Below, piece by piece: positions 58,737-64,000 of a DNA stretch of 64,000 nucleotides. The notes below the pieces were generated by a model that was given only the letters and a program-made list of their open reading frames with translations, searched no databases and had not been told where the DNA came from. Origin of the DNA: Candidatus Longimicrobiales bacterium M2_2A_002 (GTDB lineage Bacteria > Gemmatimonadota > Gemmatimonadetes > Longimicrobiales > RSA9); contig JBPRGE010000149.1 of NCBI GenBank assembly GCA_051418035.1, forward strand, positions 14,509 through 78,508, written 5' to 3'. The position numbers were made by a program, and so were the translations under genes. Positions within the stretch are counted from its first letter, which is position 1, and every line of letters starts with the position of its first letter.

Positions 58737-59698
58737 GAGGTTTCGGGGCTGAGGTTGCGGACGGCCAGCTCGATGGGGGGACCGTCTCTGAGCAGGAAGA
58801 GGGTGTAGTCGGTGTCTTCGTCGGTGTGTACGCGGAGGATATCGGCCCAGACCCCGGGCTCGTGCTCGACCGCTCGAGGCGGCGGCAGGTCGATCCTGCG
58901 GGTGCCGAGCAGCGTCCGGTAGCTGAACACCGGTCCCCGGTCGGTCAGGATCAGCCAGCCGTTCCGGAACGGCGCCACGGCGCCCATGGCGTGGAGTGTG
59001 GCGCGGGTGCCCCGCGGCGGTGCGGCGCCGATCGGGGTCTCTCCGAGGATCGCCCGCACGTCTCCGGGGAGCGCGTTCCCCTCGCGCCACCCGGCCGGGA
59101 GGAATATGGATCGGACCCAGGCGGTAACGCCGCGGACGCCGAGCCCGAACGCGCCCCAGAGGCGGGGTGCGAAGGCGAGGCTGACGAGGAGCGCGACGGC
59201 GACGGCGACGAGGGTCCGGACGGGGAAGAGGAAGGTGAACACGGCGAGGGTCGCGGCGAGCGCGTCCTCGAGGATGCTGATCCAGCTCTGCCACCGTCCG
59301 TGCATGGTGGCGTTGAGGTTCATGCGGAGGCCGGCCTTGGTCCCGTGGGCGATCAGGGCCACGAGGAAGCCGAGGAGGGCGCCGATGATGATGACGCGGA
59401 CCGGCTGGCCCCAGGTCACGCCCACGGCGAGGAGCGCGGCGGCGGGCGGGCGGATGAAGGTGTGGACGGTGTCCCACACGGAGTCGGCGTGCCGGATCCT
59501 GTCGACCACGGCCTCGACGGCGAACATAGCCAGTGCACTGGCCAGGACGACCGTTCCTGCGAGCCCTTCGAGCCCGGGGGGCAGCGTGCTGAGTACGCCG
59601 AGCCGCGCGAGGATCCCGACCAGCGCCACGGTAAGGTAGAGGTCGAGTCCGCACGCGAACGCGAGGCCGGCCAGCTGCCCTGCGAGGAGCAGGGTCAT
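58733..59698 (-). CDS. DUF4126-type polytopic membrane protein with ~130-aa soluble C-terminal domain
   Basis: ATG 59698 overlaps the KAS stop (ATGA). EAVVDRIRHADSVWDTVHTFIRPPAAAL fits the DUF4126 core. The C-terminal part (GWLILTDRGPVFSYRTLLGTRRIDLP) looks like a bacterial PH-like domain. Confidence 0.6.
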   Translation of the reverse strand: MTLLLAGQLAGLAFACGLDLYLTVALVGILARLGVLSTLPPGLEGLAGTVVLASALAMFAVEAVVDRIRHADSVWDTVHTFIRPPAAALLAVGVTWGQPVRVIIIGALLGFLVALIAHGTKAGLRMNLNATMHGRWQSWISILEDALAATLAVFTFLFPVRTLVAVAVALLVSLAFAPRLWGAFGLGVRGVTAWVRSIFLPAGWREGNALPGDVRAILGETPIGAAPPRGTRATLHAMGAVAPFRNGWLILTDRGPVFSYRTLLGTRRIDLPPPRAVEHEPGVWADILRVHTDEDTDYTLFLLRDGPPIELAVRNLSPETS

Positions 59699-60969
59699 GC
59701 CTCGCGTCGGAGGACGAGCGATGCGTTGATCCCGCCGAACCCGAACGAGTTGGAGAGGCAGACCTCGGAGCGGTGGTCCCGGCCGGAGCCGGTCACGTAG
59801 TCGAGGTCGCACACCTCCCCGCCGTCCTCGAAGTTCAGCGTGGGCGGGACCCAGTGGTTCTCGAAGGCGAGGCAGGCAATGGCGACCTCCATGGCCCCGG
59901 ACGCGCCGAGGGCGTGGCCGTGGTACGCCTTGGTGCCGCTGACCAGCACGTCGTACGCGTGGTCGCCGAGCACTTGCTTGATCGCCTGGGTCTCGGTGGA
60001 GTCGTTGAGCGGCGTGGACGAGCCGTGGGGGTTCACGTAGTCGACGTCGCCGGGCTCGAGGCCGGCCGATGCCAGTGCGAGGCGCATGGCCCGGGCGGCC
60101 TGGGCCCCGTCCGGTCGGGGCGCGGTCATGTGGTGGGCGTCGTTGGTGGTCCCGTAGCCGGCGAGCTCGCCGTAGATCCGTGCCCCCCGGGCCACGGCGT
60201 GGTCCCACCGCTCGAGCACCACGGTGCAGCCGCCCTCGCCCATGACGAAGCCGTCCCGGTCCCTGTCGAACGGCCGGCAGGCGGCCTCCGGATCGTCGTT
60301 GCGGGTGCTCATGGCGCGGATCAGCGAGAACGCGCCGAACGAGAGGGGCGCGAGCGGCGCCTCCACGCCGCCGGCCACGGCCATGTCGCTCGTGCCGTCC
60401 CGGATCAGGCGGAACGCCTCCCCGATGGCGATGGTCCCGGAGGCGCACGACATGGCGTTGGTGGAGTTCGGGCCGGTGAACCCGAACTCGATGGCCACAC
60501 CGCAGCTGGCGGCGCCGCCGAAGGTGGTGAGAGCGACCCGGGGATCGACGGCGCGCTTCCCCTTCCGGATCAGGTTGCCGACCTGCTCCTCGGCGTATCC
60601 CACGCCGCCGAGAGCCGAGCCGAACTGGACGGCCACGCCGTCGGGGTCCACGTCGGTCGGGTCGAGGGCGGCGTCCTCGAGGGCCATCCGGGTGGTGGCC
60701 ACGGCGAAGTGCATGAAGCGATCGAGGCGCCTGACCTGCTGGGCGTCGAGGAAGTCGGCGGGGTCGAAGTCGTCGACCTCGGCGGCGAGCCTGGACCGCC
60801 ACATCTCAGGGTCGAACCGCGTGGCCCTGCGGATCGGCGACCGGGCATCCCGGAGCCCGCGGTAGAACGCGTCCTTCCCGGAGCCGATCGCGGTGATGGG
60901 CCCGATCCCCGTGATGGCGACCCGGAACGGCGGGCCGTCGTTCCTCGCGCCCGCGGAGCGATCACCCAT
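59695..60969 (-). CDS. beta-ketoacyl synthase (KAS I/II, FabF/FabB-like), stand-alone
   Basis: Cys-His-His triad contexts AMSCASG, AHHMTAP and NPHGSSTPLND. TKAYHGHALGASG. C-terminal NSFGFGGINASLVL. Confidence 0.85.
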   Translation of the reverse strand: MGDRSAGARNDGPPFRVAITGIGPITAIGSGKDAFYRGLRDARSPIRRATRFDPEMWRSRLAAEVDDFDPADFLDAQQVRRLDRFMHFAVATTRMALEDAALDPTDVDPDGVAVQFGSALGGVGYAEEQVGNLIRKGKRAVDPRVALTTFGGAASCGVAIEFGFTGPNSTNAMSCASGTIAIGEAFRLIRDGTSDMAVAGGVEAPLAPLSFGAFSLIRAMSTRNDDPEAACRPFDRDRDGFVMGEGGCTVVLERWDHAVARGARIYGELAGYGTTNDAHHMTAPRPDGAQAARAMRLALASAGLEPGDVDYVNPHGSSTPLNDSTETQAIKQVLGDHAYDVLVSGTKAYHGHALGASGAMEVAIACLAFENHWVPPTLNFEDGGEVCDLDYVTGSGRDHRSEVCLSNSFGFGGINASLVLRREA

Positions 60970-61495
60970 CGGCGGGCTCCTCGGGCTGCCCAGCCTCCGC
61001 GTGCTGCGCGGCCTCCCCGGCCTCCAGCGCCGCGAGCCGCTCCGCCTCGGCGCAGACCCCCTTCAGCGTGCGCTGGGCGATGAAGCTCACGAAGTGGGGG
61101 CCGATGACCCGGTTCGCGGCGAATTTTCCGATCAGCGGCCAGGCGGGCCCTTCCGCCCACTCGTGGACGATGCGGACCACGGTGCCCCGGTCGGCCGGGA
61201 GGAAGAGCCACTCCACGTCCATGCCGGTCGTGACCCCGCCGATATGGGAGTACCGGACGATCGGCTCGTCGGGGTCGGCCTCCATCAGCGACTTCCACCA
61301 CGTGGGCCAGCGGAGCGGGCCGACGAAGTCGCGCCAGGCCGCCATCTCCACCACGCCACGGCCGAATCCGCGCTGCTGCTCGAACCTGACCCACCGGTAG
61401 TGCGGCAGGATCTCGGGCCATCGCTCCACGTCGGCGGCCACGCGGAAGACGATGTCAGCGGGCGCGGTGGTCACGTGCTGGTCAGTGCGGATCAT
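60962..61495 (-). CDS. SRPBCC-superfamily protein (polyketide cyclase/dehydrase / lipid-binding START-like)
   Basis: 8-nt overlap with the KAS gene. N-terminus VTTAPADIVFRVAADVERWPEILPHY is typical of the family. Acidic Ala/Glu tail. Confidence 0.65.
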   Translation of the reverse strand: MIRTDQHVTTAPADIVFRVAADVERWPEILPHYRWVRFEQQRGFGRGVVEMAAWRDFVGPLRWPTWWKSLMEADPDEPIVRYSHIGGVTTGMDVEWLFLPADRGTVVRIVHEWAEGPAWPLIGKFAANRVIGPHFVSFIAQRTLKGVCAEAERLAALEAGEAAQHAEAGQPEEPADG

Positions 61496-62807
61496 GCGTG
61501 CTCCGGGTCGGGGGACGAACCAAGCTCGATACGACGGCGGGCGAAAGCAAGGATCGGGGCGGCCGCAGGTCGCCCGTGACCTCGATCAGCCGGTCCATGG
61601 CGACTCCTGCGTCGCGGAGCCGGCCGAGGGCCAGGTCGGCGAGCCACGGCCGGGAGACGACCGCCTCCACCAGCCGCTGGACGCGCCGGGCGGGTCGGGT
61701 GAGTCGGGCCTTGTCTGCGGCGTAGCGGGTCAGGGCGGGATCGAGCGACGCCGGCCCGGCCCCGGCCTCGAGCGCCGGGCCCACCGCTGCGACGAGCCGC
61801 TCGGCGGCGGCCATGGCCTGGTAGATCCCCTGGCCGGTGAACGGGTCGTAGTACCCGGCGGCATCGCCGACCAGCGCAGCGCCATCGGCCACGGGGCTCC
61901 GGGTGGGCCAGTCGAACGGGCCGGAGGCCAGGAGCGGCCCGATGTCGTGGCGGCCGAACCGGTCGCGGGCCGAGGGCACCCGCTCGAGCCACGACCGGAA
62001 GAACGGCTCGGGGCCGAGCTGCCGGAGCCGGTCGGTGTGCTCGTCGCCGACCACGAGCGTCAGGTTGTACCGGTCGGGGCCCGAGGGCGCGATGCCGAGG
62101 ACCCCGCCGTCCAGGACGTGCATCTCGCCGTGCCGCCGGTCGACAGGGCCGGTGGTGCCGGGCGCCGAATCGGGCGCCGGGACGTGGGCGGTGAGGGATA
62201 CCTTCCGGAGCCGGGGCGCGCGGCGGTAGACGTCCAGCTCCCGGGCCACCACGGACCGGAGCCCATCGGCCCCGACCGCGAGGCGGGCGGACAGCGTGTC
62301 TTCGTCCCGGGTCCGGACGCCCCGGACCCGTCCGTCCGGGCCCCGGTGGAGCCCGACCACATGGGCCTGTCGGAACCGGGCTCCGGCCTCGATGGCGGCG
62401 TCGAGCAGGAGCGCGTCCAGGACGCGTCGCTCGAGGGCGAGGGCGGGGCGGTCGGAGAACGCGCCGGTGGCGGTCTGGCCGCCGGGCGCGACGATCTCCC
62501 ACCGCTCGATCTCGGCGGCACCGGCCTCCCGGACCCGATCCAGCAGGCCGAGCCGGTCGAGGAGCGCGGTCGCGGCGGCGCTCATGCAGTCGCCGCACGG
62601 CTTCGGCCGGGGGAACGCCGCCCGGTCGAGGAGGAGTACATCGAGCCCGCGCCGGGCCAGGAGCAGCGCGGTGATGGACCCGCCCGGCCCGGCCCCGACG
62701 ACAATGACGTCGACCTCGGTCTCCGGTCGGCTCCGTGGGCGTGCCCCGGCGGGCAGGGCTCGGTGAGGCGGTGGTCCTCGGTCCGGCGGTCGTCGGTGCC
62801 GACCCAT
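61482..62807 (-). CDS. FAD-dependent oxidoreductase, geranylgeranyl-reductase-like
   Basis: ATG 62807. DVIVVGAGPGGSITALLLARRGLDVLLLDRAAFPRPKPCGD. 14-nt overlap with the next gene. The Arg/Pro-rich first ~30 aa make the exact start uncertain. Confidence 0.8.
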   Translation of the reverse strand: MGRHRRPPDRGPPPHRALPAGARPRSRPETEVDVIVVGAGPGGSITALLLARRGLDVLLLDRAAFPRPKPCGDCMSAAATALLDRLGLLDRVREAGAAEIERWEIVAPGGQTATGAFSDRPALALERRVLDALLLDAAIEAGARFRQAHVVGLHRGPDGRVRGVRTRDEDTLSARLAVGADGLRSVVARELDVYRRAPRLRKVSLTAHVPAPDSAPGTTGPVDRRHGEMHVLDGGVLGIAPSGPDRYNLTLVVGDEHTDRLRQLGPEPFFRSWLERVPSARDRFGRHDIGPLLASGPFDWPTRSPVADGAALVGDAAGYYDPFTGQGIYQAMAAAERLVAAVGPALEAGAGPASLDPALTRYAADKARLTRPARRVQRLVEAVVSRPWLADLALGRLRDAGVAMDRLIEVTGDLRPPRSLLSPAVVSSLVRPPTRSTHDPH

Positions 62808-62808
62808 G

Positions 62809-63516
62809 TCAGGCCTCCGCCCGCAGCACGAGGCGGTAGAAGGGGTGGCGGTGGACGGACGGGCTCCGGAGCCCGGCGTCGCGTGCGAGCCGTGCGAGCT
62901 CCGACGGTGTGAACGACCGGCGCACGGAGAGGGGGCCGTCGTGACGGGTGATGGGGTTCGATCGCCAGAGGGTAGCGGCGAGAAGACGGGCGCCGAGGTA
63001 GTTCGGCAGTGCCCGCTCCAGCTCGCCGACCAGCACCCGGCCGTCCCTGGCGACTCGACCGGTTTCCCGGAGCAGGTCGACGAGGGCGGGGCCATCCATG
63101 TGGTGGAGCGTCATGGACAGGTGAGCGAGGTCGAAGGCAGCGTCGTGGAACGGCAGCCGGAGCCCGTCGCCCTGGACGAGCCGGACTGCCCCGACCTCCC
63201 GGGTACGCTCCCGGGCGATGCGGAGGGTGGCCGCGTGGAGATCCACGGCCGTGACGCGGAGGGTCCGTCGCTGCTCGCGCCCCCACTGCGCCATGGCGAC
63301 GGCCAGGTCGCCGGAGCCGGTCCCGATGTCCAGGACGCGTGCATGGGTCCGGCCGGCGGGCAGCGCCCAGGGGAGGTGTTTCCGCAGCGCCCGGCGTGCG
63401 CCGAGCCATCGGTTCACGACCACGATGTGGTCGAGCGCGCGCTCCAGGTCGACGCGGTCCACATCGGCCGCATCCATGCGCTCGGGAGCATCGACCGCCC
63501 GATCGAGGAGTGTCAC
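62809..63516 (-). CDS. class I SAM-dependent methyltransferase
   Basis: GTG 63516. Motif I VLDIGTGSGDLAVAMA. The stop is 1 nt before the next start. Confidence 0.8.
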   Translation of the reverse strand: MTLLDRAVDAPERMDAADVDRVDLERALDHIVVVNRWLGARRALRKHLPWALPAGRTHARVLDIGTGSGDLAVAMAQWGREQRRTLRVTAVDLHAATLRIARERTREVGAVRLVQGDGLRLPFHDAAFDLAHLSMTLHHMDGPALVDLLRETGRVARDGRVLVGELERALPNYLGARLLAATLWRSNPITRHDGPLSVRRSFTPSELARLARDAGLRSPSVHRHPFYRLVLRAEA

Positions 63517-63519
63517 GAC

Positions 63520-64000
63520 TCAGTCCGGGAAGTTGAGGAGGCCGCCCGTGATGGGCGAGACGCGCGACCGGTCGATCTGCGGGTCCAGGAACGGCGCGGA
63601 CACGCCCAGGTACTCGCCCACGCCGATCACGAGCTGGAAGTCGCCGGGCTGGGCGTCGGGCCCCACGGGGAACGCGATGTCGAACCGGAACGTGTTGGTC
63701 CCACCGGCGGGGAAGTTGATCCGGAGCCCCGTGCCGAGGTTGGCCCGCCACCCCGAGTCGGTGCCGTACGGCGCTTCTCCGCCCCAGATCCGACCGATAT
63801 CGACGAAGAGGGACGTGCCGATATCGGCGAGGTCGGGGACCAGCCAGTCGTGGTGCCAGCGGTCCTCGGCGGTCAGCGTCAGGCGCCGGCCGCCCGGGAA
63901 CGCCTCCTCGGGCCAGCCCCGCAGCCCCCCCTCACCGCCGAGCGTGAGCTGGAACGGGGTCCGGGTGTTCCACCCGCCGGACGCGGCGGCCCGGAACAGG
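63520..64000 (-). CDS. Omp85/bacterial-surface-antigen-type outer-membrane beta-barrel protein, C-terminal 159 aa (5' end outside window)
   Basis: Not in the ORF track because it lacks an in-window start. My own translation of the minus strand is open from the window edge to TGA 63522-63520. It reads ...TLGGEGGLRGWPEEAFPGGRRLTLTAEDRW...WRANLGTGLRINFPAGGTNTFRFDIAFPV...FQLVIGVGEYLG..., matching Omp85 C-terminal strand patterns. Confidence 0.5.
   Translation of the reverse strand, partial: LFRAAASGGWNTRTPFQLTLGGEGGLRGWPEEAFPGGRRLTLTAEDRWHHDWLVPDLADIGTSLFVDIGRIWGGEAPYGTDSGWRANLGTGLRINFPAGGTNTFRFDIAFPVGPDAQPGDFQLVIGVGEYLGVSAPFLDPQIDRSRVSPITGGLLNFPD

Overview
This is a 64-kb, roughly 70% GC bacterial chromosomal window, densely coded on both strands. 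I call about 58 protein genes and found no rRNA, tRNA, CRISPR array, transposase or integrase. All family calls come from reading motifs in the translated ORFs; no database search was possible.

The gene content (SusC/SusD pair, S46 peptidase, a 286-aa primary-type sigma factor, alternative complex III) suggests an FCB-group, Gemmatimonadota-like organism. That is inference only.

Gene blocks in order:
- LuxC-like reductase (partial), an orphan AbrB-like gene and a lytic transglycosylase.
- A complete actABCDEF alternative complex III operon (3505-11038).
- A SusC/SusD pair (11382-16125), followed by a three-gene lipoprotein / barrel-less SusC-N-terminus / TonB-C module.
- A trmJ-like gene.
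- A four-helix-bundle (23S-rRNA-IVS/Avd-family) gene bracketed by inverted heptad-repeat arrays (19238-19845).
- A D-Cys desulfhydrase-like enzyme, an S46 peptidase and an M20 peptidase.
- hslO plus a GroES-like gene.
- An AraC-type regulator with a CheY-like N-domain.
- Two acyl-CoA dehydrogenases flanking a Tat-exported amidase.
- A DHp-only mini-protein, gcvH, msrA, gcvP and an lplA-like gene.
- A five-gene Dpp/Opp-type ABC importer.
- A monocistronic exbB-like gene, a TPR-SLT transglycosylase, csp, polA, ssb and rpoD.
- A tightly coupled seven-gene minus-strand operon (58398-64000): Omp85-like barrel, methyltransferase, FAD oxidoreductase, SRPBCC, stand-alone ketosynthase, DUF4126-type membrane protein and an AhpD-like protein.

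Most of the window is ordinary core genome. The two most unusual items are the IVS-like cassette and the ACP-less ketosynthase operon. Many very long ORFs in the six-frame track are high-GC antisense artefacts.
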